The notes beneath the pieces were generated by a model. It was not told where the DNA came from. It was given only the letters and a program-made list of their open reading frames with translations, and did not search any database. Position numbers and translations under genes: made by a program. Positions 13,601-25,134 of a DNA stretch of 64,000 bases are shown here, in pieces; the first letter of the stretch is position 1, and each line of letters starts with the position of its first letter. Origin of the DNA: Antedon mediterranea. Lineage: Eukaryota > Animalia > Echinodermata. Where the stretch lies: contig NC_092673.1 of assembly GCF_964355755.1 (NCBI RefSeq), positions 2,046,001 through 2,110,000 on the forward strand, given 5' to 3'.

Positions 13601-14352
13601 CTTAGTACTTCCTTTTCCATGCTAGTTTAGTTTTATAGCTTTTAATTAGATTAGTGGGCGCCTAAGTCTGAGTTAGTTAGTCACCAGTAGACCGAACAGT
13701 GACAGAAGGTTAGAGTTAAAATTGGCTTTTTGGGGGGGTTGTTCCAGTTCCCCTCAAACGCTTTTCTAATACTTGGTGCTATACACTTTGGCACAGGGGT
13801 TAAAGCATTGCTCCGGCCGGGTCACCGCAGTTGAGTCTTTATCCACCCTGTTCCTCCCCACCTAGGGGACAAAAATGGCTACCAATACTGGGAAGGTAAT
13901 TTAGACTCGTTTATAAAGACAGTGGTGAGTCTAGTTTTAATGCTAAAATGGAGATGGACACTATAGCCATTTAGCAGTGTACATCGTGCATTTATGTCTA
14001 TCCATAATTGAAATCTATTTTTGCTGTTCAACAAAATTTAATTCTCTGACATATGCCTATCAAAGAGAAAGTTCCGGGTTCAAATCTCTCATTTCATCAC
14101 AGATTTCATTACAAAAAGTCATTTTTAGTGTACAGTATCACCTATTTAGCATTTCTCTATGGCTTTAAATTTATATATTGAAAGATATCAATTTTTGAAA
14201 TGTATTTTAATTTTCTATCGTTTTTTTTTTTTCAGAATTGTATCTTATCTGGATGTGATCTACAGGACGCTAACCTGCGTGGTGCTAATGTAAAAAATGC
14301 ATCTTTTGAAGAGATGGTGAATCCCTTGCATATGTCGCAATCTGTGCGATAG
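4639..14352 (+). CDS. KCTD9: BTB/POZ domain-containing protein KCTD9, 3' part (pentapeptide-repeat region; last 4 exons)
   Basis: Exons 4639-4788, 5660-5765 (GC donor), 10305-10438 and 14236-14352 splice in frame. They give GVNFCGADLTRLDLRFVNFKLANL...GANLQGVKMVLANLEGASLRGCNFEDPCG...MKGVDLESSQMTGVNLRVATLKNA...NCILSGCDLQDANLRGANVKNASFEEMVNPLHMSQSVR*, the recognisable KCTD9 C-terminus. Upstream exons are not seen in the window. Confidence 0.95.
4938..5141. mobile_element. MITE family C (Harbinger-like ends)
   Basis: TIRs taaggccaacacagacagcg / cgctgtctgagttgtacttt. A related copy starts at ~17567 (taaagcccaactcagactgcg). Confidence 0.6.
7256..7826. mobile_element. TTAA-flanked non-autonomous DNA transposon (Kolobok-like, family F)
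   Basis: Ends ttaagatgtattgtc ... gacaatacatctttaa. The same termini occur at 27031-27367, 36836 and 45866, and related internal sequence lies at ~235-420. Confidence 0.7.
8399..9022. mobile_element. TTAA-flanked non-autonomous DNA transposon (Kolobok-like, family G)
   Basis: TIRs ttaaagaccccttcc ... ggaagggggctttaa. Confidence 0.7.
9040..9725. repeat. Compound (TTAC)n/(CTAC)n microsatellite with higher-order periodicity
   Basis: Recurring blocks ccttacttacttacctac and catacataacttatacttaccaca over ~700 bp. The + strand is almost free of G. Confidence 0.95.
10391..10740 (+). repeat. 64-bp tandem repeat (~5.5 copies) made of the KCTD9 exon 3' end plus splice donor
   Basis: Unit cataactgtaatctacggggtgcagtattagctgggactgatcttgag|gtaagacagacatttt starts at 10391, 10455, 10519, 10585, 10649 and 10713. 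Confidence 0.95.
13795..13975 (+). mobile_element. Degenerate SINE-like fragment
   Basis: cctccccacctaggggacaaaaatggctacc...ctgggaaggtaa resembles the core of the 2738 SINE. Confidence 0.35.
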
Positions 14353-14597
14353 TGTCTTATCTGGATGTGATCTTATACGTGACCCTAACTTTCGTAATCC
14401 CTTGCATATGTCGCAATCTGTGTGATAGTGTCTTATCTAAATGTGATCTACGTGACGCTAACATGCGTAATCCCTTGAATATGGCGCAATCTGTGCGATA
14501 GAGTCTTATCTAGATGTGATCTACAGGACGCGAACCTTCGTGGTGCTAATGTCAAAAATGCATGAATCCCTTGCATGTGTCGCAATCTGTGCGATAG
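14353..14597 (+). repeat. Three degenerate tandem copies of the KCTD9 last exon in the 3'UTR
   Basis: Each copy runs tcttatct..atgtgatct...aatcccttgcatatgtcgcaatctgtgcgatag, with differing internal deletions. Confidence 0.9.
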
Positions 14598-16210
14598 TGT
14601 GTGTTTTTTTTAATTGACATTTTAAAAGTTACATTCAGGAAGGCATGTGTTAGTGAATCTTTTTAAGAAATAGTAAATTTGATAAGTGAATTCAAAAGAC
14701 ATTCATAATTGTCACTTTCAAAGAGTGACATTTGTATGCGCACTTCTATGACAAACGTGACATCAGAAATAGACTACGCTACTATTAGCATAATTAATGT
14801 GTTTAACGTATTTGGTACTTGCAAGATTCTGCAAAATAATCATTAATAATTATTTTTTAAGTATAGAAAAATATACATCAGGCGATGAATTAATGTCGGG
14901 CATAAATAAATAGCAATGGTAATGCCACACTAATATATACAATATTGCAAGCCATTATGGATCGGTGCAATGTAGTTAAATTCACCGTTATCAATAAAGT
15001 CTACTTAAATTGGCGATTACAAAAATGCGTAAGTTAAAAATTGGCGTATACGACCTACTACTAACTGATCATGCTTCAATATTAAATTATTACAGTAGGC
15101 GTACTAACACACAGATGTTCCTATTTTAAAATATATTTATATTTGTTGATCCTAAAGACAATTTGGCGATCGAATCTAAAATACTTTTACTGAAAATTTT
15201 AGAAGCTACCGGTAGAGACGGCTGAACTGCACGTAAGAAGTGGGCCACGGCAGTAAGAGTCACCGCAAGTACATGACTCTTCCTATATCCATAAGCTAAT
15301 CAGTGAATTCCCAGTGATTTTCATTGCGGAACACATAATTTTCAAGATCATCTAAATCAAGCAACTGTATTTACGACGAGATGTCGGTGACTTACTTTTA
15401 TATCCAAACGGAAAATTCATTACTTATGTGTAATCGTACCTCTATATTCGAGAACAGCCTTTATATTAAAAGATTTATTCGGAGTTTTCGAAGTTTAAAT
15501 GATGGCTATGTTATTATTGTTAAACCTTACATTTTTGTATTCATTCATTGTGCATATTGTTTACCTGCTTGCAAACAGTACTCGTTTGTTTTTAAAGTCG
15601 CTGGATTGCATGATTAAAATGATAGTCTGTTGTTTTAATAGGCGAAGGTTTCTCATTAAATATATCAAAGTATACATTTATGATGTTTGTATTTAATAGT
15701 GAATAATCTGATAAAAGTAGAATGATCGGCACCAACGAGACTATTATCCAATGCATTCGGATTATCTATCGTCGTCCCCCATTAACCAATATCCTTTGTC
15801 CCATATCCATTTTTTCCGGTCGTTCCTAATATCATTCGTCCGGTCATTCCCGTCTCATTCGTCCGATCGTTCAGTATCATTCTTCCGGTCGTTCCCGTCT
15901 CATTTACGTAGATAGTGTGCACTGGAACTAACTTCGAGCATCCTTTCCATACAAAATGAAAAACCTAATTAACTTATCTTATCACTTTTGATTAGTTCTG
16001 CTTCTGGAAATTACAGAAGTGTTGTTACAAACGGCATTTGATTTCACCTTAATTTAGGTTAAAGATATTTAAAGCCGTCTCAGTTGCATATTGCCTGATT
16101 GGTCATTTGAATAAGGTTATCTTCTGAGCCGTACGGTACCGTAGCAATTTATTTATCGCTGATGCATCTATCCTTTAACGAAATAATGTGTCTTTCACGC
16201 GTTGTCAAAC

Positions 16211-16290
16211 TAAAGCTTGGTTCCCACTAGAACGTAACGCAAGGACGTAAACGCAACGCAAGCGTTTTAACCAATGACAAGAGATGTTAT
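16211..16290. mobile_element. MITE family B, truncated copy
   Basis: taaagcttggttcccactagaacgtaacgcaaggacg..., essentially identical to the start of the 19943 copy. Confidence 0.8.
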
Positions 16291-19281
16291 AGACAGTGAT
16301 CTCTTAATAGTATCAACTGAAATGGTTTAGCCGTAGTTTTATACCATTATATAACTGTCCCTCATTTTGTTCACGGGCAAGTGTCCTCTTGATAGAGAGT
16401 GTCCCAAAGGTGGGGTGGGGTCCTCCACTGTTCTTTGATCTATCCTCTATAATGGTCTATTTTTATGAAATAATTACGGCACACTTCCACACTCCCCATT
16501 GATGATTTCGCCTACGTCATACCGGGTGCTGATTTAATCAACTTCATATCTAGAGAATACTTTCTCATTTGGGAAATTATGTTCACAGATTAAAAATGAG
16601 TAATCTCAACCATTTCTATAAATCGATAAATAAACTCTGAAGTTGTTAATTCATTTCTTTTCTTGACGTCAGGTTTCAATCAACTGAAGAACGTACTGTA
16701 GTTGTTATGGAACGTGTTTTAATGTTAAAACCCATGGTTTATTGTATCTAATTGGTTGAAATCGTGTGTGTAGCTTTTTTTATATATATTATTAATGATG
16801 AGTGTAGTACACTCACCACTGCGATGACGTAAGAAACTTCTTTATTAAAATAATGAAAGCGAATACAGAAGGTATTAAAATCGTAAAATTACGATTGTAG
16901 TCGAACAGAAAAAGAAATACTTTCTTGTAATTAACTACTATATTCTCTGGGAGACAAGTTGCGTAATTACGGCCTTGAAATTATATAACGAAAAAGTCTT
17001 CGGGGAAAAAATTACCGGATTAAAAGATCACTAATTTATAACGTCTTGGATCCGCCCTATGACTGACCTAATAACTCATAGAAATTGTTAATTAATATTT
17101 CATAAACAATCCATTTAATGGTTTTTATCTGTGTATGTTTCTTGATGTGTAGGCTGACCTAATAGTGATTCCACAAGGCTATGCAAAATACGGCTATGTA
17201 CGAAAACTGGAATAACCTTGGGTTTAGTTATTGCCTATCTTTCACAAAAGGGGTCCCCAACTTATGTACGAAAAAAATATCGCAGATCGGCTACATCTGA
17301 ATAATATGCAAATTAAAATATGCTATTGTCGTTTACGATACGGTGTGTGAACAGAGCGAATATGCATTGCTTGTGCATCAGCAGCAGGCACCGCCGTTTG
17401 AATTTAGCTCAAATTCAGGTATGATTCGATTGATCTTATGTTTTATGTTTTATTGACAATTATAATTGTGTTTTTGATTGTCAATTCGTGTATAGTTTTC
17501 AGATTACAGGCAGTTGTTCATGTCTTCTTTTAGGCTATAGGCATGTGGGTATGTTATGTCATCCATTAAAGCCCAACTCAGACTGCGTCATACGATGAGG
17601 CCCGAAAATAAAACGTGTATCCCGACTATCGCCCGACTCTATCTCAAGACGTCTCGTCTCGTCGGACCTCGTCGTACGATGCAGTCTGCATCGAATCATG
17701 CGTCGTCGTTACATACCATGCCCAGTACAGCATTAAACGGTACTCACAAATATGTTTTTACACAGACGAGTTGTAACGGTAATAACAAATATATACTCTT
17801 GTTATTCCTTATATGACCAGTAACACAACGCAGAGCGGACGGACGGTTTTCGCTCAAGGTGGATACAGATTCTACTTGGACAAGCTACGCGGTTTACCGC
17901 TATACCGTGTTAGCACACACAGATTTACCGTAATACGGTAGATTTGTTCTTTTTGACTTCACTTAACAAACGTAAAAACAGTATATATATAAATATACAA
18001 CTACTATCATTAAATAAAAGCTTCGTATTTCGATTTCGTGTTTTTTTAATATTCAGAGTACAGGATTTTAATCGCTTTAGCACAAAAACTTATGCGCAAG
18101 AAAAATATAAAAAAACAAGCGTGAATCGGACTTGTGTGTATATCGTTCGCCTAAGCCAACCGAAACCATTTATATTTGTGGTGTGAATAGAAACGGACAA
18201 CATTAAGCTTACCATCGATCAAAATCAGACAGAAACGATCTTGTTTGTTCAAATCGACTTTTCTATGAAAGAAGACTACATTTATTATCATCATCGTTTA
18301 TACGCAATTTAAAATATTCCCTACGTCACATTTACAATTTCACTCTTCACTGCTTCTTTAGACCTATATATAATGCTTGGCTAAATCCATAATGTTCAAA
18401 TCATACGAGAAATTTCCATTGCAATTTCATCAAAAGTACATTCAAATTAATGTCAAAGGGTCCGTGTTGCACTCCTCAAATATAACTGGTTATTCTGAAC
18501 ATGGGTTCTGGGTCAAAGGTCGGACCTAGAGCTATGTCAATGGGCCACCACTTTGGAACGAGTGAGGGGAAATCTGTTTAATACTATACGGCCGTACCCT
18601 AATGTGCAAGGTGACACATTCAGTACCTGTCCCCTAATGTATCATGTCCCCTAATGTCTCATGTCCCCTAACTTTTTATTCCCCCTATTTAGGCCTACTC
18701 TATATGAAATATTTAGCCTTAAAGCATGAACTTTAAATATAATATCTGGTTAATTGTACATAGATAAAATATTTGTAACAGAAATCAAGACGAAAAAACA
18801 TGAATTTCCCTTAATATGGTAAAAAATTCTGCCATAAAAAAACCAGGAAGACCTTTTTTCAGTAGTTAGGTAGTTAACCTAATGTAATAACATGTCTGGT
18901 GACTCCCTAGAAGGTGAAAAAAGATGGTGGATATATGGTGGATAATTTTTGCTATAGCATGAAAATAAAAATCTGAAGTTGAATAAAAATACCAGAAATG
19001 TAATATTCAAGTTATATTACCTATATTTAGTCATCTGATAACATTTTTTACCACACCATTTATTTTTCATAGCTTTTTAAAATGCCAACATTTGTGTACA
19101 AAAGAATAGAGATTTTACTGTGTAATTTGAACTATCCCCCCACTGATAAGAAAATGCTTATTTTCAACAAGCTCGTGTAACACAAATAAAATCCTAAAAA
19201 TTAAGAAACATAGGGGAAACTATAGATCGATAATTATTGGAATGTATGATCAATAGAATTTTTTTTCCCGCACCTGGCCTT

Positions 19282-19458
19282 TAAGGCCAATTTACACAGA
19301 CGAGCGGTAACGGTAATACAAAATATAGAATGTTATTCCTTATGACCATTTACACACAACTCGGAGCCCAAGATAGATACAGATTCTACGTGGGGCAGGC
19401 TACCGCGGTTTTTCACTTACCGTACCGTTACCGCTCGTCTGTGTGTAATTAGCCTTTA
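19282..19458. mobile_element. MITE family D (Harbinger-like ends)
   Basis: TIRs taaggccaatttacacagacgagcggtaacggta / taccgttaccgctcgtctgtgtgtaattagccttta. A decayed relative lies at ~17757-17915. Confidence 0.8.
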
Positions 19459-19751
19459 CTGTTATTACCTATATCAGTGTTTGATTACATAAACGGTTTG
19501 TATTCAGATGCTGTACCTAAAGTGCTTCATGTTTTGTTCATCATCTAAAGTGCATATTAACCCTCATGATTATTATCATTAATGTGTATAATCAGAACGA
19601 ATTGACTGTGATTGTCACATCCAATTTCACCAAGTAAAATGACTTTTTCTTTATTGGAAATTAGTCCAACAAAAAAAAAGTTCTTGATATTCGTCGTGCA
19701 ACTTCAAATGCTAATTTTACGGCAGATTAAAAAACTTTTTAAACTCGTCTC

Positions 19752-20340
19752 TAAAGCGTGGTTCCCACTAGAACGCAACGCAACGACGTATTGACGCAAA
19801 GTGTTGTATTGCGTAATCACAAGTGGGAATCGACAACGCAACAGTGCTGCAAACATCGCAGGTTTGATTTCACGCAGGCGGAGGCAAACACAATTATTAG
19901 GACATTTTCTTGCGTTGCGTAGATTGCGTTACGTTGCTTCGCTAAAGCTTGGTTCCCACTAGAACGTAACGCAAGGACGTAAAGGCAACGCAAGCGTTTT
20001 AACCAATGACAAGCGAAGTTATAGACAGTTAGCAATCACAAGCGAATAAGCCATCGCTTGTGATTGGTCAATTCACTTACGTTGCGTTACGTCCTTGCGT
20101 TGCGTTACGTCCTTGCGTTGCGTTACGTCCTTGTGTTGCGTCGCTAGTGGGAACCACGCATAATGGGAACCAAGCTTAATGCTTGGTTCCCACTTGAGAC
20201 ACAAGACAAGGACGTAACGCAACGTAAGTGAGTTGACCAATCACAAGCGATGGATTATTCGAACTGTCGCTTGTCATTGGTTAACTCGCTTGCGTTGCGT
20301 CTACGTCCTTCCGTTGCGTCTCTGTGGGAACCACGCTTTA
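19752..20340. mobile_element. Cluster of MITE family B (PIF/Harbinger-like): nested pair plus adjacent copy
   Basis: The outer element (19752-20178) is interrupted in its right TIR by an inner copy (~19946-20160) flanked by a TAA duplication. A third copy at ~20179-20340 abuts it. TIR agc(t/g)tggttcccactag. Confidence 0.9.
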
Positions 20341-21389
20341 AGCGCATTGAGACTGTGAATGCTCTGAGTCTAGATTATTATTGTGGTTTGTTATTATTAC
20401 TATCAACGCGGAATACCTATATAACGCGTCTAGACCATCGCTTTTCATAACCTAGGCTAGAGACAATTATTTTTACCACAAACAATCCTAATCGTTCCGT
20501 AAGAAAGGTTTTAAATGTTTTTTTTATGATTTATCACCATAGCGATGACATCCGAAGGCGTTTAGATATCTCTTATTTATCACCAATACTTAACACGGTA
20601 ACAGAGATAATAAATCAGTTTTGTCGTTGAATCTTATTTAATTAATGAATAGGATAACATAAATGTTAACGAGTTGTAGAGGCTCATTTAAATCGCTAAT
20701 CATTGAATAAACTTTATTTACGTTTCGTTTCTAAATTTGTAACTTGTTTCTTAGAAGGCCGGCTAGACTGCCCTATGGTGACTGCAAAAAAACCCTTGCA
20801 ATGATAATTTAATTCGACTGATATGAATAACATTTAAATAGATCCACTTGATATTAAATGCATACTGTGTTTGACAAGCACTTCTGAGCTTGTATGTCAA
20901 TTTTAAAATGGCATTTTCTGGAAGAAATGTCACACTCCGTGGGCAAAATACATCCCGGCGAGCGATAGCGTGTTCACACACCTGTACGCACATCGGGCAT
21001 CCATCGTGTTCCCACAACATTTGTTAAGTTCCGCTATAACATTCCTTTGTAATGAAATTATGTTTCATTTCTAAAAAAGCATTAGGTATCATTATCGATA
21101 AATTTGGCACAAGTTCTTTCAGGAATAAATCGAGGGAGGGGATACTCCTACTGAGCTTTGAATGACGTATTATGGTTTAATGAAATCTATACCAATTATG
21201 TTGGTTTTAACGTAATACAAAGATACTTGATGATTTGTTGATTTTGATGATGTGAAGAACAGCCCCACTCCCAAACAATGCCGTTCACAGCATCGTGTGT
21301 GCATGTTTGGTGTAATTTTAGTACACTCTTAAAAGTTATTAGTAGGGCCTACATGCTAAAAATGATACGCCCTATATCTTTATGTTGTC

Positions 21390-21601
21390 TAAAGCTTGGT
21401 TCCCACTAGAACGCAACGCAGCGACGTATTGACGCAAAGTGTTGTATTGCGTAATCACAAGTGGGAACTGACGACGCAATAGTGCTGCAAACATCGCAGG
21501 TTTGATTTCACGCAGGCGGGGGCAAACACAATTATCAGAAGGGTATTTGCTTACGTTGCGTAGATTGCGTTACGTGGCGTCGCTAGTGGGAACCAATCTT
21601 A
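21390..21601. mobile_element. MITE family B, uninterrupted copy of the long subtype
   Basis: taaagcttggttcccactag ... ctagtgggaaccaatctta. The internal sequence matches the outer element at 19752. Confidence 0.9.
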
Positions 21602-21887
21602 ATTGAGTTTTAAAGTCCATAATTGCTGAAAGTCTACTCTGAACAAAATATCATAACTTTATTCAATATTATTATTTCAGATTTAGAACTCAAACAAATT
21701 TAACAAAACAAAAGCAGCGATTATCTGTAATTAATTTTATTTAAATCTTTGTTTTATCACTGAATGTTAAACATTTTTAAAGAATATTGCATAAAACCTA
21801 TGATGTGGATCTCATACGGGCCGAAGAGGCGACGGGGACCTGTCCGGATAGCAGAATCCATTTTTGAAATCCTACAACCCCTCTCTC

Positions 21888-22010
21888 ACTTCCCCCGCCC
21901 ATCGCCTTCCCTTCCCCCGCCTCATCGCCTTCCCTTCCCCCGCCCCCATAGCCTTCCCTTCCCCCGCCCCCATAGCCTTCCCTTCCCCCGCCCATCGCCT
22001 TTCCTTCCCC
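21888..22010. repeat. C-rich ~23-24-bp minisatellite (~5 copies)
   Basis: Unit ccccgccc(c)at(c/a)gccttcccttc. G-runs on the - strand. Confidence 0.85.
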
Positions 22011-22546
22011 GAGGATCCGTTTTTCATCTCTGTTTTGCATTTTAACCCCACCCCTCCTTAAATACCAAGCAAGATAATATACGACAAAAATATTTGTGAT
22101 ATAAAAATAAATTAATATAATTGTTCACTTAAAGGTCTAGCCCTACATATTATCATCATTAATGCACAGAAGACTTATATTCTATTTTTTCTATACATGA
22201 TCAATATATAATTTCAGGTGGTAATATCACGCATTGAAAATAAAGCAAGTCTCTCGAGATGCGGTGTAATTACACAGAATGTTTTAATAAGAAATGTGAA
22301 TCCTTTAGGTGTATCTTGTACCGTAATGAATGTCCTGATTAAGTTCATATTATTTTACATGTATTGATCGTGCTTCGACTTTCACATCAACGATATTATA
22401 TGCCGAAGGCGATGTAGGCTTTTTATATATTCATATCCTGTTTTCTTTTCAATGCACGCATGTGCATTTTCTCATAGTATAGTAGGTAATCAGTTTTGGC
22501 GGTGATTGCACCCCATACGTGGTAGGAATGAGGCACAATCGAACCG

Positions 22547-23150
22547 TAAAGCTTGGTTCCTACTAGAACGTAACGCAGGGACGTAAACGCAACGCAAGCG
22601 TTTTAACCAATGAAAAGCGAAGTTATAGACGGTTAGCAATCACAAGCGAATAAGCCATCGCTTGTGATTGGTCAATTTACTTGCGTTGCGTTACGTCCTT
22701 GTGTTGCGTCGCTAGTGGGAACCACGCTTAAAACACCAATGATAGATTAGACACCGAACCAAAAAAGTGTATACAGGAATTGGGAAACATAAATCACTCT
22801 TAAGCTTTGTTCCCACTAGAACGTAACGCAAGGACGTAAACGCAAAGTAAAGCGTGGTTCCCACTAGCGACGCAACACAAGGACGTAACGCAACGCAAGT
22901 GAATTGACCAATCACAAGCGATGGCTTATTCGCTTGTGATTGCTAACTGTCTATAACTTCGCTTGTCATTGGTTAAAACGCTTGCGTTGCGTTTACGTCC
23001 TTGCGTTACGTTCTAGTGGGAACAAAGCTTAAGTGATTTGACCAATCACAAGCGATGGATTATTCAAACAGTCGCTTGTCATTGGTCTACTCGCTTGTGT
23101 TGCGCGTACATCCTTGCGTTAACTTGCGTATCTAGTGAGAACCAAGTTTA
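22547..23150. mobile_element. MITE family B cluster: one copy plus a nested pair
   Basis: One copy at 22547-22730. An outer copy at 22801-23150 contains an inverted inner copy (~22851-23029) flanked by TAA. Confidence 0.9.
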
Positions 23151-24102
23151 AGAGTGATTTACGCATGTTTTCCAATTCCTGTATAAACTCATCGCGTACG
23201 GGTTGAACGCCTCAGAACCATTTATGGTCTTACGTTTGTGTTGAGGAGGAAACTCCTTTAATTTGAACTCAACTTTTTGAATGATATTGGAGATACTATC
23301 CTGGTGGTATTTATACTTCGTTGAGGGCACTTTATCAAATTGCATCCCACACGCGCGCGTACGTCTCTAAATCAATTTTGTCACTTCAAATCGAATATTG
23401 AACAACACAATTTCGTTAACATTTTGATGTCAACATTAATATATTGATGAACAAAACAACATACCTATTTAATTTAGTACACATCAAGTAGACACATTAG
23501 ACATTCATCAAATTAAACACATTTACGGTGTAAGTAATGTTGAAATTATTATAATTTAGCCGGATATTTCACCACATTTTGGAGGGTTTTTTTTACCGCA
23601 CCAACTACATTATAACAAAATTAACAATAATTCGTTTATTGGTTCGAAACAGTGTCCGGTTTACTAAATTAACACATTTAGGCATATTTGTATTAATCTT
23701 GATAACATTATACCGTAACCTTTCAATATTTGATCAATCTCAGATCATAAGAAATGGCATCTGATTTCAATGTAGTATGCCTATGATGTGAATATTTTGG
23801 ATTTAAGTTACTGTACTTACTATAAGACGATGATCGATCCGTAAGCTAATCAGCTCGGCTTCTTCGAATCATCGATATTATGCCAGATATTTGACGTTTA
23901 GTCATATTGCATGTGCACAGACACTTTTTTAAATAATATTGTTGTTAATCCAATAATATTTTCACTCATTCGTTCTTTATGCTAATACTTCGTATATCTG
24001 CTGCTGCTGCTGCTTGTGGGGCCGGTTGATGTCATACCGCCGGTAACGTTTAACAATGTTTAGGCATTCACCACTCATTATGTATTGCATTCTCGATATC
24101 TT

Positions 24103-25134
24103 CTAGTTACCAGATCCCGTATGTGAGTACCTGTACATAATCAATAGATTACTCCGAACACACTTATTGTGTTGGCTATTTAATATTTTACGTCGAATAC
24201 ATTTACAATTCAATGCGTACAGGAAGGGATTGAGACTCATGTTACAAGCGGCAAAAACCACCGTAATTTTGAAGAAAACTCCATCCAAAGATGTGACAAC
24301 TCCAAAGTTAGCGAACAGATAGTAAATCTCATTGGGACCCCAGCAAAAAGCGTAAGCTAGCGATACGAGAAATGCCGTTTTTATTATGCGTTTCCTTACA
24401 TTTTGACTGCGTTTTACACCTGCGTCAACTACGAGTGTACTTGCGTTAGAAATGCGTCGTTTGTTGACGTGTTGAAAGTATGCTATGATTTTCCAGTATA
24501 CAAATACCATTACGGAGACCGGTATGACGTAATGATTGGTGAAAACAACGGCTCCAACGACAGTTTGTATTTGTGGAGAGTCCCATTTTACTACACACGT
24601 ACCGTTTTCAAAATGATGTGCCGTTGCCCATGCAATTTCATGAACAGGTCCAAAAATCCAGCTAATGCAACATAAGAATATTGCCTTGTTCTTAGTGAAT
24701 GAACTACGATACATAACGGGTTTGAAAACGGCCCAGTAACGTTCAATCGTGAGGCATACTATGTTGATGGTTGACGAAACACAAAGCGCCCAGAATGGAT
24801 ACTCGGAGTACCAGAGCTTACAAATCACATTTGATAATACAACATTGTCATTTGGAAAAATATTTTTTGGTCTTAGGAACAAAATCAGAAATAAAATACT
24901 ACTTAACAGATCAATGATGGCTTGATTCCGCAAGAAATATGTCGAAAGCGATACCAATTTTGGAATACGAAGAAATATATATAAAACTGTTATATTGCCG
25001 GCTATACCGACGATTCCTATTATGATATAAGCCGACGCAAGCCAAGTATCCGTAGCAGGAGCGGTCGGTATTTCACAATCTGACATGTTGTTAATCGTAT
25101 GCGTTGCGTTAGACTCGTTTACGCAATCGGCCAT
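24103..25134 (-). CDS. Intronless rhodopsin-family (class A) GPCR, peptide-receptor-like (galanin/allatostatin-receptor-like group)
   Basis: 343-aa ORF from the ATG at 25134. Seven hydrophobic segments with GN in TM1, ERY after TM3, W in TM4, CWGP in TM6 and NPFLY in TM7, plus N-terminal N-glycosylation sequons. Confidence 0.92.
   Translation of the reverse strand: MADCVNESNATHTINNMSDCEIPTAPATDTWLASAYIIIGIVGIAGNITVLYIFLRIPKLVSLSTYFLRNQAIIDLLSSILFLILFLRPKNIFPNDNVVLSNVICKLWYSEYPFWALCVSSTINIVCLTIERYWAVFKPVMYRSSFTKNKAIFLCCISWIFGPVHEIAWATAHHFENGTCVVKWDSPQIQTVVGAVVFTNHYVIPVSVMVFVYWKIIAYFQHVNKRRISNASTLVVDAGVKRSQNVRKRIIKTAFLVSLAYAFCWGPNEIYYLFANFGVVTSLDGVFFKITVVFAACNMSLNPFLYALNCKCIRRKILNSQHNKCVRSNLLIMYRYSHTGSGN

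Noticed and set aside
15000-19250. Several 60-90 aa ORFs between KCTD9 and the MITE cluster
   Set aside because: Low-complexity AT-rich translations or MITE-derived sequence, with no motifs or consistent exon chain.
21764-22061. Pro-rich and Gly-rich ORFs (PRPHSLPF, GGGGREGY)
   Set aside because: Artefacts of the C-rich minisatellite. There is no splice or domain support.
24403-24675. Plus-strand ORF overlapping the GPCR; similar antisense ORFs overlap the kelch, methyltransferase, ENO4 and ANKRD53 exons
   Set aside because: Shadow ORFs of real coding sequence on the other strand or frame.
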